64,000 nucleotides of DNA from the NCBI GenBank assembly GCA_951406725.2, contig OX597820.1, positions 103,416,001 through 103,480,000 on the forward strand, read 5' to 3'. A program made the translations under genes and the position numbers. A model generated the notes under the pieces. That model was not told the origin of the DNA. It saw only the letters and a program-made list of their open reading frames with translations, and did not search any database. Source of the DNA: Octopus vulgaris (Eukaryota). Positions 23,933 to 37,533 of the stretch are shown here, in pieces (positions within the stretch are counted from its first letter, which is position 1; the number at the start of each line of letters is the position of its first letter).

Positions 23933-24327
23933 TCTTTATATATAAAAGTCAAGTTGTGTGTCTGTCTCCTACGATTTAGATTCCTAACTACCCCCACATT
24001 TTGCGGTGCAGTTTAACCAAAACCGGGTATCTTATAGTCGTGATTCATATCGAGCCCTTCTGGGTATTAGCGCGCGTCTACGATGAGTCTACGATTTTAA
24101 AAAAAATTTACCATCATTTCTTTCCATTTTAATGCATTTTTTCGCTATTATATAAGGGAAGTAACTCTTTAAAAATGTTTACGACGAGTCAACGATTTAA
24201 AAAAATTTACCATAATTTTTTTTCCATTTTTAATGCATTGTTTGCTATTTTTTGGGTATAACTCTCTAAAAATGCTTATATAGTTATTTCCCTTACAAAC
24301 CCGAGCAACGCCGGGCGATACTGCTAG
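23933..24327 (+). mobile_element. Complete non-autonomous Helitron (H1)
   Basis: A|TCTTTATATATAAAAG ... CCCGAGCAACGCCGGG..CTAG|T, no TSD. Confidence 0.88.
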
Positions 24328-24411
24328 TCTTATGAATGACTCTGAGACAAGACGTGTGTATAAGTAACTTGTATAAGTAACGCGCACACGTATTATCTCT
24401 CTATCTATCCA

Positions 24412-24449
<38 letters not shown>

Positions 24450-25589
24450 TGTGTTTTAGTGCGTCTTTGCGCAACGTTCCTTGACAACTAGTGTTGTGTT
24501 TTTTTAAACCACCGTAACGTCGGAGATAAGAGATCGATAGAATAAAAAATTGTCTTAAAATAAATTCTCGAGTCGATTTGTTCAACTAAGCCCTTCAAGG
24601 CAGTATCTTCAGCATGATCGAATTCCAATGACTGAAACAAATAAAATAATAAAAGTAAAATAGAATATCGTACTAGCGAAAATGTTCAGTTAAACCATCA
24701 AATTCACAGCAAATTCTCCACCTTAAACCATAAACTTTTACATTCAGTATTCTTAATGCAAAGACGATATCCCCGTATTCTTTCTTCTTCCGGGTGTCTG
24801 AAAAATAATTTTTCTCTGCTACTAACCTTATAAGTTTGCTTGATCTGAGCTGGCTTGGAGCTACACGACGACACTGCTCCTTCTTTCAATTCTTCGAAGG
24901 GCAATAGTTATGTATAACATTTTCCCAATTCTTTATACAGTTCTACGCCTTTTTTAAAATTTTCATTGAACTCTGCAAAGTCTTGCTGTTGCAGGGCTTG
25001 ACAGTCAATGTTTCACAGTATGGTCTGCTTCTCCACATTCACACACTGGCTCAGCGACGAAATTTGCTTAGGGGATGCAAACCCAGGTCCAAAATTCTTT
25101 ACAATTAAGCTCCTTTTTTTATATATATTTTTGTTCTTTGTTCTTTGAGAAGAAACATAACTTCAAGCTACATTTTTACTGATCCCTTTCTTTCCTGATC
25201 TTTCTTTCTTTTTTCTTTCTTTCTTTCTTTCTTCCTCATTCTCGCTCTACCTTTACCTAATCTCATCTTTGTCTATTTATCTCACCCCCCACACACACAT
25301 ATGCACACGCACACGCACACACATGCATACACATATACATATATGTGCATGCATATATGTGTGTAGATTTGTTTTTTTTTTTTCTATCTTTAATTATTCG
25401 AAGTCTTTCTTTAAGGAAAGGGATCGATTTCTAGCGAAAATACAAAGCTCCATCATTAGAATTTAGATAAGAAAACCAATGTCACATTTTGAACTTGAGG
25501 AAAAGTATTGCATGTTTTTACTATTCCACGTACAGAGCGCATTTGCAATATGCGTGAGAGCAGGTTGATTTCTTTTTCGAAAACTGGCT

Positions 25590-25722
25590 TTTCTAGATTG
25601 TCATCTTGGCATTTACTAAACAAAAACTGAGTACACCAAAAATTATTGATATAAATGTGAGTTTATAATTTGGATACAGAAGCTGAATTTTTCGTAGCAG
25701 TTGTCCGTAGTTATACTCATTC
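25590..25722 (-). mobile_element. Restriction-like endonuclease (RLE) LINE fragment
   Basis: NYGQLLRKIQLLYPNYKLTFISIIFGVL matches the 28150-28720 element. Confidence 0.6.
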
Positions 25723-25840
25723 TTATGTATGTATGTATGTATGTATGTATGTATGTATGTATGTATGTATGTATGCATGTATGCATGTATGCATGTATGT
25801 ATGTATGTATGTATGTATGTATGTATGTATGTTATGTTAT

Positions 25841-26335
25841 GTCAGGTCACTTTCGAGTGCTACTGGTAACATGTAACCCAGTACAACCTGTTGCATGGTC
25901 GGGTCGTCGGCGACTAAACCGGCAACCTTGCTTGGTGAGGAGAGTGTTTATTGGACACTCTGCGGGATGAAAAACAACGGCCATCCAATAAATGTGTATT
26001 TTTTTTTCTTAAGGCTTAAGGCTGTATCATGCGCGGACTGAATATCCGATCGCGCGGTTAAACCATTGGGAGTGAAGAACTCCTAGCATCCTTCTAGGAG
26101 AAGGTAACTCAGGTAAGTGGGATAACTCCGACATAAAACCTGCGGCTCAGTGGTTACCGATGATGTTGACTTGTTCTTCTTTTCGGACTATGGCTGATGT
26201 TGCTTAGTGAGTGGGATTGACTCAGTGCACAGCCTTTCCTCACTTTAAAAAAATCTTCTTGCACAGACATTGCACGATAACATTGATAAAGCTTCGTGCA
26301 ATGGCCATACTCGATAACGAGGGAGCAGCCACCAT
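25841..26335 (+). mobile_element. Non-autonomous RTE-related retroelement ending in (ATGT)n
   Basis: No ORF; AGTGAGTGGG..GTGCA..CCTTTCC.CACT block and TACTCGA..ACGAG..GCAGCCACCAT(ATGT)n end shared with 34213-34380(-). Confidence 0.55.
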
Positions 26336-26429
26336 GTATGTATGTATGTATGTATGTATGTATGTATGTATGTATGTATGTATGTATGCATGTATGTATG
26401 TATGTATACATGTATACAAATGCCACTAT

Positions 26430-27800
26430 AGCAGGTCTTCATAGATTTAACTAAGACATTTGACACGTTAAACAGGGAGGCACTGTGGACATCTAGTCGT
26501 ATTTTTAATTTGACCCGGTTTAACTGCAAAGCAAAGACTTTCAAAATACTTGTAAGAGAATTACTTTATGCTGATGATGCTGATTTGTTGGCACACGCAG
26601 AGGGGGATGTGCAACATTTAATGGACATATTTTCCACTGCATGTGTACATTTCGAACTCACAATTAGTTTGGGGAAAACCAAAGTAATTTTTACTCCCGT
26701 GCCAGGACAAACATATTCTGAACCAAACATTTTTGTGAATGGAACAAGGTTAGAAGTCGTTGACACCTTTGTTTACCTAGGAAGCACACTGTCAAGAGAT
26801 GGCAGTCTTGATGCAGATATATACTATCGAATAGAGAAGGGAAGGGTTGCATTTGGAAAGCTCGAAAAGCAAGTATAGGTGAATAGAGGTATTTACCTGC
26901 AGACAAAAATCAGTGTCTCTAAAGTGTGTGTATTGTCTGCACTTCTTTATTCAAGTGAGATATGGACCACTTACAAGCGTCACATAAAAATGCTGGGGAG
27001 ATTTCATCAAAAGTGGCTCAGACGTATCTTAGGAGTCAAGTGGGAATCTTTTGTACCAGATACAGAGGTTTTGTGCATCGCACATTGCAGCTCAGTTGAA
27101 CATATTATTTTGGCTCAAATGAAAGATGAGCGTTTGCCAAAGCATCTTTTTCATGGTGAGCTCAACTCTGGTAAGCGAATACAACATAAGCCGAGGAAAA
27201 GGTATAAAAACTGTGCGAAGGAAAACCTGAAGAAACTAGATATGAACAAAAGTGATTGGGAAACTGATGCTCTAGATTGTAAAAAAGTGGAGAGGTGCTG
27301 TTAGGACTGGTTGTAATGCTTGGGAAGAAAAGATGATTCAGCAATCTGAACTTAAAAGGGCCTGTCGCAAAGGAACAATTGGAACTGTAATCGACAGTGA
27401 ACATTGGATATGTATTATATGTGACCGTATTATTTTGTCAAAAGCAGGATACGTGAACCATATGAAGTCACATGAAAATCGTAATGCCCAGATAGGTAAT
27501 GATCTTGGACACCAACCACCTCTTACGACTTGTGTCATATGTCAAAAACTTGTAAGACAATATCTGGACTTAAAAGACATATGCTAGATCACAAAAACAT
27601 TCCTTCAGAGTCAGATTCCAAAGGGCAAAGATATAGAAGAAACTTGAATAATATTTGTCACTTGTGTCAGTCAGTAGCTGGTCTTAAAAGTCATCCAATG
27701 GCTCATCAACGGAGTGATTGTGTTGTGTGATGGGGTGGGGTGTGTGTGTTGATGGGGCGGCTATCATCTCTCAAGATGAAGCAATCATTTATATACCATA
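26430..27800 (+). pseudogene. RTE-clade LINE ORF remnant: RT plus three C-terminal C2H2 zinc fingers
   Basis: FIDLTKTFDTLNREALW, LLYADD, FVYLGS, LLYSSEIW, RLPKHLFHGEL..GKR; CIICDR..HMKSH, CVICQK..LKRHMLDH, CHLC..LKSH; stops, frameshifts and an internal deletion. Confidence 0.92.
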
Positions 27801-28149
27801 TATGTATTATGTTATTATGTATGTATGTATGTATGTATGTATGTATGTATGGATGGATGGATGGATGGATGGATGGATGGATAGATGGATGGATGTCCTT
27901 ATTCAGTTTATTTCAAGATGTTTTTTGTCATAGAGAGAGAGAGGGAGAGAGAGAGAGCTGGTTTCTAAGCTAGATCCAACGCTTCTTAATTGGAATTTCA
28001 ACAACACTAACATGGTATTTTTGCATGTATGTGTATACGTGCAGTATTTGGAATCAGTGCATGTACAGCTTTGTATTTTATGTTTTATGTAAGTATCCTC
28101 ATGCATATAATTGCATGTCTAGACATGCGCATGTTACTTAAATGATAAA

Positions 28150-28720
28150 CTTCTGGAAAGTTTTACAAATTTTTACAATTTCCAACGATGGATTGGATCT
28201 GTAGTCTTCGAATCAGCTTTCTCCTTTCTGGTTTTAAGAAGACTAATTTCTCCAGATTAGTACTTAGGTAGGTTGTTACATATCCCAGGACCGCAATAAT
28301 TACAGGTATAAACCTAAACTTGTAATCTGGGTAGAGTAACTGTAGATTTTTCAACAGTTCAGCGTAGACTTTTACGCTGATTTTTACGCTGGTTTTTAGC
28401 TTTATGTTAACATCTGCTAGGCAGTTAATATCCACTGCTGTACCCGGTTTCTCTTCTTTATCCCAAATCACGATGTCAGGTCCATTATATTTGCATTTTA
28501 TTGAGGCTTTCACTGGGACAGTGGCCTCTACCATTCTGTCACTTCATATTTCTTTAGCCAAAGGTTATCCTTCCGACAGATCTCATTATACAGTGTCCTG
28601 GCTACAGCATCATGTCTCATTGGTAGATAATACCGCAATAACATTTTTGGACAACTGCTTATGATGTGGCTGAATCTTCGGTATTCCCTCCACAAATTCT
28701 GTATTGGTTATCATATTTTG
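28150..28720 (-). mobile_element. RLE-type non-LTR retrotransposon 3' fragment, second family
   Basis: PDIVIWDKEEK..VDINCLADVN..YAELLKNLQLLYPDYKFRFIPVIIAVLG; decayed zinc knuckle upstream. Confidence 0.8.
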
Positions 28721-29230
28721 GTGAATTAATGTGTGCATGTATGTATGTAAGTACGCATTAATTTTGCTTAATTAATGCATTCGTTTGAAAAGCTCGGAAA
28801 GTAACGAATAACATTTATTTTGATGTATTAAATAATGGTATTATTTTCAAGGTCTATTTTGAGTTGGTCTCAACTAGCTTTTCATATGTGTGTGTGAGAG
28901 TATGTGTCCATATTTGCTTGTATGCATATGTGCATGTAACAATTTATATGTATGTATATGTGTGTGTGTGTGTGAGTATGTATGTATGTATGTATATACA
29001 TTCACACACACACACACACACATACGGTCTCACTTTCATGCCAAACAAGCAACAATATAATTAGTATGTAGAACAACTTGTTGTGAGCGTCGTAGTGTAA
29101 AAAGATATGCTTACTGTAAGTAACTACCGTTAGACGGTTTCGATTTCCACTTGCAAACACAACAATACTTTAGAAAAGTATTAACACGCACACACACATT
29201 CAAACTTTCTTCCTACACCTCGATCCCTGG

Positions 29231-29308
<78 letters not shown>

Positions 29309-29315
29309 ATGTATG

Positions 29316-29363
<48 letters not shown>

Positions 29364-29559
29364 CCTACGCAGTAGAATTGATCTTAAACCTATTTGGTTA
29401 TGGAGTGAAATTCTTCACCTCACAGCCATTACAATATTTTCCCGATTAGCTTTACCTTCAACCCTAACAGGACCAATAAAATAATATATTTATCTTGAGT
29501 CATTCGACTACAGTTATCACATAATAAATTTCATCTTGGTGTTAGCCAACGTTTGTCTC

Positions 29560-29885
29560 ATAGACATTTTGTCTCCTCTTTCGGTTTTCTACCGCTAGAA
29601 CACGGCCATTGCCCTTTGGTGCAGGTTGATCTCAGTCGTCCTTTCCATTCCCAATAACTCGTTCGTCTTACATTTTCTCGCCACCCATACTGTATCCAGC
29701 TCCCCTACCTAGGCGCCGTATTCTCCACTACGTTCAGTTGTTTCCTTCTCAGAACGTTGGCGTTCTGGAATCCCCTCCTTGCACATGTTTTTATGCAGTT
29801 GTTGATTCGCAACACTTTCAGTTAACTTTATCAATCTCCCGGAGGGTCTGCCAAGGCCATGGACACAACCTCTTCCTCCAGAGCA
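29560..29885 (+). mobile_element. Highly decayed LINE ORF2 C-terminus (CR1/Jockey-like)
   Basis: HPYCIQLP.. and FLLRTLAFWNPLLAHVF resemble the SFFPRT..LWN.LP..VFP motif. Confidence 0.45.
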
Positions 29886-31251
29886 AATTAATATAAAAAA
29901 AAATTACTATTTACAATGGGCTTGTTAAAATAAATGAGAATTGTGATACTCCTATAAGTCTGTCTGTACGTGGGTGTATGGGCCTGTGTAAAGTGTATGT
30001 ATGTGTGAATTTGAAACCGTGTGTATTTTGTTTTTGAATAGATGTGGGTCATTTTCTGTAACTTCACTAAATTTAATATATAAAATTTGCAAAGATGGAT
30101 ATTTTAAAGGTTTCAGATCTTAATATTCATTTACTGACATTACATCTTAGGCTATATGAATGGTTAAAAAAAAATTCAATTCCAGGCTTTTTGTTTTTAT
30201 TGTTCCCAAAAGTAATAAACGAAAAAATCTCTACAGATTTTTACAAACATGGTGTATAAAATTAAATTGAACGGTGTCATAGATTGTGTGTAAATAATAT
30301 ATATATATATATATATATCCTTCATATTGTAGAATGAGGACCACCCAAATAGTTACAAAAATAGCAAAAGAAAAGAAAAGAAATATTAATAAAAGTTGGT
30401 GGTTAACCGTGTATAATAATGTCAATGACATAGAGTAAAATGGTGGCGTCATGAGTTCTCAGTGAGTCGAGATTTCGACACTGTGAAGCGAAATGACCGA
30501 GTGGGTTTGGCATTCGACTACCTGCTCACAGTTCGAGTGTTCAAGATCTGTTGAACCCGTTTGATAGTGCATCTTGCCGAAACAGCTTATTCTATAATGT
30601 CGCAGTTAACATTATCCATTGTTGATACGTGTAAGATTATTTAGGAACGTTACCAACCAGAGACCAGTCACTGAGCTAATTTGTCCATTATTGATTTCTA
30701 GCACCATGAAGCCAGAACTAAACTCTTCTTTCAAAATTCTTCCGAACATTACTAGGCATTCACCTTTATACATTTCACCTTAAACAAGGATAGTAAGTTC
30801 ACTGTCATAAGAACGTCGGATAGAATGCTTTGAAATATTTGTTCTGTCTCCCTGTACTTTGAATTCAAATCTGAGGCCACTTCGATCTGCCACCATTTTT
30901 CAGGTCGATGAACAAAGTACCTGTCCAGTACGGGGTTGATTATTTCTACCTTTTTCTCGAAGATATCTGCTGTAACCGCCGAGCAAAGAATGGAATCCAC
31001 TAAATTAAGAAACCCGAGACATACCATCCCGACGGCACTCCTGCAGCTCCACCAACTGTCGTGAACCTCAGGCAAGTCCATGGTTTTTCACTTACTTAAT
31101 TATGTAATTAATATCTTGATAGAGAAAGTACTCCACTATGTTGACTTGTCTGCAACATAATACGTGAAAACGAAATTTCAGCAATTTCCAAAGCCTCATT
31201 AATGATTAAGCATCATCATACATACATACATACATACATACATACATACAT

Positions 31252-31284
<33 letters not shown>

Positions 31285-31294
31285 TACACACACA

Positions 31295-31339
<45 letters not shown>

Positions 31340-31413
31340 ACACAGATGTGTTGAGGTTCACTATATCTGTTTCAGACGTGTTTTTTATTAATAAACAAAT
31401 CAATTACAACATG

Positions 31414-31454
<41 letters not shown>

Positions 31455-31457
<3 letters not shown>

Positions 31458-31689
31458 CAAAATGAGCAACAGGATATCAAGTAGTAATGCACTACGACCG
31501 TTTCAAGCGGCTCCATTTAACTGAACAATGCAATTATTATATCACTCTAAATGCAGTGCCATCTTCAGCTGCGCAAATAATAAATGGAATTTTAACAAGC
31601 AGGACACATTAATATAACTTTTCTTAAATATTTAACAGAGCAAGAAGATGGAAGAAATTCATGTTGTCGCTATTGTAGCTAAGAATAGA

Positions 31690-31692
<3 letters not shown>
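31455..31692 (-). mobile_element. Penelope-like short element with hammerhead motif at 31496-31568
   Basis: Minus strand CTGAAGA..(long stem II)..TTAAATGGAGCCGCTT-GAAACGGTC; same family as 45146; (TA)n on both sides. Confidence 0.6.
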
Positions 31693-31736
<44 letters not shown>

Positions 31737-31878
31737 TATGTCTTGAAGTTTCCAGACATGAGTTTTACTCATGTGTCAAGTTTCATCAAAATCGATAAAA
31801 CGATGTAGGGGGAGTTAGCTAACAACTCCACAAACACACCGACAGACAGACAGAATTTCCCACATATGTAGTTATATG

Positions 31879-31918
<40 letters not shown>

Positions 31919-31935
31919 TACATATACATACATGC

Positions 31936-32020
<85 letters not shown>

Positions 32021-32384
32021 TATATATATATACAAATGTCTGGATAAGCCAGTTAGACAGATTAATATATAAAGTTACCATTGTACTCTCCCTCCAATAT
32101 CAACCCTAATTCATTATCAAACTAACCACTGCTATATCGACAATCAACTCACCCCCACTCTGTCCGCCCCACTCTGTCCACCCCACACTATCTTTTCTTA
32201 TGCCTCTCTACATACCTTAGTAATCTCTCTCAGCCCCTGAACTAGTCACTTCACTTCCATCAAATAATGGCCATTCTCCTTTACTCTTTTACCACAATTC
32301 TATAGCCTCAACTCGCCTAATACTATGGTCAACCATTCACTTACTGCTTACCCCACCCTCCCCTCATTCACCTACTTTCCACCT

Positions 32385-32429
<45 letters not shown>

Positions 32430-32592
32430 GCCTCTTTATTAACCCCCACCACTCTGAACTATTTTTCTCCTCTCACTATTCCCTATCTTAATACTTCCCC
32501 AGTTCCCCACTGTAATACACTCAGCTCTCCACATTCAATCATTCCATCTTTGGACTTCTCTCCTTTAATATCTGAAATGTAAGGTCTCTTCT

Positions 32593-32680
32593 CTGAAGGC
32601 GGAGGCTCGTCTCATCCTATGATGAAATCAACCTACAAGCATTATTATCAGCCGCCGAGCCCCCTAGGAATAGCTATTGG
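32593..32680 (+). ncRNA. Decayed hammerhead-like motif
   Basis: CTGAAGG-CGGAGGCTCG..CGAGCCCCCT-AGGA-ATAGCTAT; stem II arms and palindromic stem III recognisable, core mutated. Confidence 0.3.
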
Positions 32681-33798
32681 ATTTGTAATACTTTTTCCTC
32701 CACCCCTTTAATTCTCTGTATCATTTGTTGCCTGTGTAATTTGGGCCTTTTTATATGTGTACATATGTACATTTTTTATATCTGATGTATTTATATAATT
32801 TATATATTGATCTGTATAATTTGCTTATCCCTACATTTATATTTATTTCTATATTCGCTCAAGTTTAAATCTCTTGAGCACTACTAAGAGTATTCTATAC
32901 CGAGAATATCTCATCTATGATCTATCTATCTATCTATCTATCTATCTATAGCTAGCTAGCTAGCTAGCTAGATAGATAGATAGATATTAATATGCATCTA
33001 GAAGCACACACCGCACAAGTTCGTGCACACACGAGACAGGCTTTTGTACAGTTCTTGTATTTAAAAAATTCATTCGCAAGGTATTGACCAATCCGATTCT
33101 ATGGTGAGACACGTGAGGTCAAAGTCAAAATCATGTGATTGTGTCGGAAACTTCCTTAATCATACGTCCAAATATGTTCTTCCGTTTTTAAAACAGCAGC
33201 GTGTTATTTTAGGGAAATTTGGCTGTTATTTTTATCACTTAGATTCCCTCAGTTGCCCAAACAAATATTTCTGAAGTATTATGCGCTTTTTGTATTTTGT
33301 CAACCTTCTTTTTTGTTCTGTAAGTTTTGTAGATCTTCTGAACAACCACCATCAAAAGTTCGTTAAATAACATACAGAATATGAGGAAGGAGATGTGTGA
33401 CTTAGTGATGAAGGTGTTGGACTCATGATCATGAGATTGTGGTTTCAATTCCCGAACCGTGCGACGCGTTGTATTCTTGAGCAAAACACATCATTTCATG
33501 CTGCTCCACCCCACCACTCAGATGGCAAAAATGAATAAACCTGCGACGGACCGGCATCCTGTCTAGGTTGGGAATACATACGACATGGGAACTGAGAAAC
33601 TGGCCTTTATGAGTCGGTATCACTCGAAAAGGAATGAAGGTAAATTTGAGAAAAGTGGTGAAGCTCGATGTCGATTACAAAGGTAATGCAAGCTAAGGGA
33701 GTTTACAGCATGAGCTTCCGGAATTGTCAAGTAACAGACGATGAGGTGAAAAACGAGCGAATGAGTTAGAAGTTAACAGACAAGTTGTATATGGAGTG

Positions 33799-34026
33799 AT
33801 GAGCTGGCAGAAACGTTAGCATGCCGGGCGAAATGCGTAGCCGTATTTCGTCTGCCGTTTCGTTCTGAGTTCAAATTACGCCGAGGTCGACTTTGCCTTT
33901 CATCCTTTCGGGGTCGATTAAATAAGTACCAGTTACGCACTGGGGTCGATATAATCGACTTAATCCGTTTGTCTGTCCTTGTTTGTCCTCTAGGTGTTTA
34001 ACCCCTTGTGGGTAGTAAAGAAATAG
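33799..34026 (+). mobile_element. tRNA-derived SINE family D with Nin/Deu-like core
   Basis: GAGCTGGCAGAAACGTTAGCA..GAGTTCAAATT..GAGGTCGACTTTGCCTTTCATCCTTTCGGGGTCGAT.AAATAAGTACC; diverged copies near 14617, 30810, 52760 and 54730. Confidence 0.8.
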
Positions 34027-34184
34027 ATATTGAGGAATGAGAAATGAAGGAAGTGATGGTGTGAAGTGTGAAGAAGGAGGACCGGTTAATTTGACGAATA
34101 TTGCTTAATGTATATAACTACACACACACACACACAGACACACACACGCACATACATACATACATACATACATACATACATACA

Positions 34185-34212
<28 letters not shown>

Positions 34213-34215
<3 letters not shown>

Positions 34216-34380
34216 GGTGGCTGCAAACTCGTGTTCGAGTAATGCCATCGCCTGATCGACCAACCATTTTTGTGATAGGTCTTACGTTTTTTGCCTGTGC
34301 ATCGGTTTTAATAGTGGCGGAAAGGGTTTGCACAAATCCAACCCCACTCACTGAATATGGACAGCATAAACTGGAAAAGA
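34213..34380 (-). mobile_element. Non-autonomous RTE-related element 3' part
   Basis: Shares blocks and (ATGT)n tail with 25841-26335. Confidence 0.5.
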
Positions 34381-34403
34381 AGTATTAGTCTACATACATA
34401 GCC

Positions 34404-34695
34404 TGGCTCTCCGTCATTTACGACGACGAGTTGAGCCGATCAAAGAAACAGCCTGCTCATGAAATTAACGTGCAAGTGGCAGAGCATTCCACAGACATGC
34501 GTACTCTTAACGTAGTTCTCAGGGAGATTCAGCGTAACACAGCATGCGTCAAGGCTGGCTCTCTGAACTACAGGTAAAACTCATTTTTGTCATCTGAGTG
34601 GAGTGGAGCAACGAGAAATAAAGTGTTTTACTAAAGGACCCAACGCGCTTCCGGGAATAGAATTCACGACCGTATCATCGTGAGCCGAATACCCT
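34404..34695 (-). mobile_element. SINE family C
   Basis: Homologous to 9522-9834. Confidence 0.8.
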
Positions 34696-34787
34696 AGTAG
34701 TTAAAGCATGCAACTCACATACATACATATATGTGCGTGTGTGTGCGTGTGTGTGTGTGTGAGTGTGTAGAGTGTATATATATATAT

Positions 34788-34878
<91 letters not shown>

Positions 34879-35201
34879 TACATATGTATATCTGTATATG
34901 TATATATATATATATATATATATGTGTATATGTATGTATACTCGGCAGTAAATGCAATGAATATTTAAATACGTGAAGAATTATACGCAGTGAATGCAAT
35001 GAATTAGTTAAAGTTGCAAGAAATTGGAGTTTAAAAAATTCAGTAAACTTGAAAACTAGAAATTATAGAAAAATTCTTAGAATATGAATTAATAAAAATA
35101 TTTCCAGACGGTTAACCCTTTAATAATTTAATAATTGCTTTCTTTTAGTACTTTAATAATTGTTACATACCTTATCAATAAGCAAATATCTTCATTATAG
35201 A

Positions 35202-35239
<38 letters not shown>

Positions 35240-35249
<10 letters not shown>

Positions 35250-36069
35250 CTAAACGGAAAAAATCGGAGAAAGAGATGATGAGGGAGGGATGAAAAAATA
35301 AAGAGTTTTTAAAACTTCTTCCATACAAAGATGCCCCCCCCCCCCATCCCATCCAGCTCCATCCTTTCGAAGGCTTAGAAAAAATGGGGGAAATCCCCGA
35401 AAAAATTTTCCCCACAAATTTCTTTATAATCGTAATCTATGCCGTTTGAAAGGGATTTGTATAAAATTTCATTAAAAGATATCCATCTTTCTGACCGTTA
35501 TGAGGAAAAAAATTCAGATCGTGTGAATTTTTCGAAGCTCTTCGCTCCACCCGCTCGCAAAAATTCTTTCTCATAAATCCTTATATACTCTGAAACTACA
35601 TCTAAGCGGTATTTGAGGAAAATTTTGTTAAAAAGTATCCATTTTTCTGGATGTTATGAGGCAACAAAGTTGGGGCGTATACATCTGTATTAATGCTCTT
35701 TTATTTATACGATCTTTTCATTTCATGCTTATTTCATTCATTGTTTGTAATGTTCTCTCTCACACACGCGCACACCGCAAAACTTACAGATGGGCTGCTG
35801 AATTGTAATCTCTATGTTGCTTTGAGGTGAAGGTAAAACTTGACAAACTGCTTCTCCTTCTGTTGTTTGACTACTGCGATGTTTGTTTAAAAAAGAGAGA
35901 TTATGACTGTCATAAAATAATGAAAGCAATATTTACTAAGCAAGTGAGTACTATTATACAAAGAAACAATTAGACGTAAAATATAAAAATTATTAGAATT
36001 GAGAATCAAATGTGAAAATACTATCAAGGGGCTAGCAGAAAACCGCCTGGAGAGCGGTCTTTCTGCTAG
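35240..36069 (+). mobile_element. Helitron-like element
   Basis: Ends CTAGCAGAAAACCGC..GCGGTCTTTCTGCTAG|T hairpin; internal repeats of TATCCAT.TTT.CTG..GTTATGAGG. Confidence 0.55.
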
Positions 36070-36507
36070 TATATACTAATAATGAGAATTATCCTTGAAT
36101 GGAACTTATAAATATTTTAATGCATGGCTACGGACGTTTCTACAAATCTCTTAAGATCACAGTTTGTATTCCTGAGATGATTACGGTTTAGTTCGTAGTA
36201 TCTGTGGGCATCAGGTAGATCATCTTCATTGATTCATTTCGTCAGGCGATATAGCATTTCTGGATGTTTAACTGAGGGTTGTTTATCCCTTTTGACCTGT
36301 GAAAAAGGTTGATTGAGTTAAACAAAAACTGATGAACAAAAGAACTGGTTCACCAGTCAGCATCATTAGACTGTGGCTGGCATAATGGAATAGGAGCTTT
36401 ATTTGCATATTCAAAATGTTTTCCGTAAACAAATTTAAAAGATATATATATATATACATACATACATGCATACATACATACATTCATACATACATACATG
36501 CATACAT

Positions 36508-36570
<63 letters not shown>

Positions 36571-37325
36571 ATATAAGAGAGTGGTCACTATATGGCTCAC
36601 TCTAGCACTAGTTAATCCAAAAGGTTTCAACCACAAAAATACATGTTTCCCATGAAAGTCAGTACAATTGTTAGCTCACACGAACAGGGCAAATAAAAAA
36701 TAACAAAAATACAGATTATACAAATAATCTGTATATATACATATATATATCTTTACCTTACTTTCCCTCTCTTTCTCGTCCCTCCCTAATTTTTCAAGTC
36801 CTCTACCCACTGTTTCTCTCCTATCCTTCCACGTGACCGGTGTTCGGCCAAGCCTGACCTTTCTTTCTTGGTTCGACTACCATCCGTGCAGCATCACTCT
36901 TATTTCTTCCTATGACTTTCATTTTCTATGTTCCTGTCGTAAGCTTTCCACTTCCACACACGCCAGCTTAATTTAATTCGTCCTTAGTCGAAAGACACCT
37001 GTTGTTAATGCCCTGTTGTTTGCATTTGTAATTGTGTACCATTTCTCCTTTTTTTTCTTTTCGTTCTTGTTTTCGTATACATTCGCTTGCTTTCTTCCAA
37101 AGAATCTAGTGCTCATTGCTTAGATTTCCTTGGAGCCGGCCAGATTCGAGCAGTCTCGAGATTAACTGGCCGGAACTGCAAAGACGATCTGCTTCTCGAC
37201 TAAAGATTGAAAGCTCCGAATGTCCTGTCTATCTTTTTTTCCTGTCATTTTTTGTATTACCTACTGTTTGAATGTTTTGTCGTCGCCTGTTACGTTCTTG
37301 TCCCATTTTTTGTTTTGATTATATA

Positions 37326-37370
<45 letters not shown>

Positions 37371-37474
37371 GCACTTATATATTTATATATGTAATTATGT
37401 GTGTGTTTACACACATGCATATGTACATATATATATACACACAGATATATATATGTACATATACACACACACAC

Positions 37475-37533
<59 letters not shown>

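Noticed and set aside
27333-27730. Host C2H2 zinc-finger gene
   Set aside because: Colinear with and directly downstream of the RTE RT, ending in the element tail; part of the LINE
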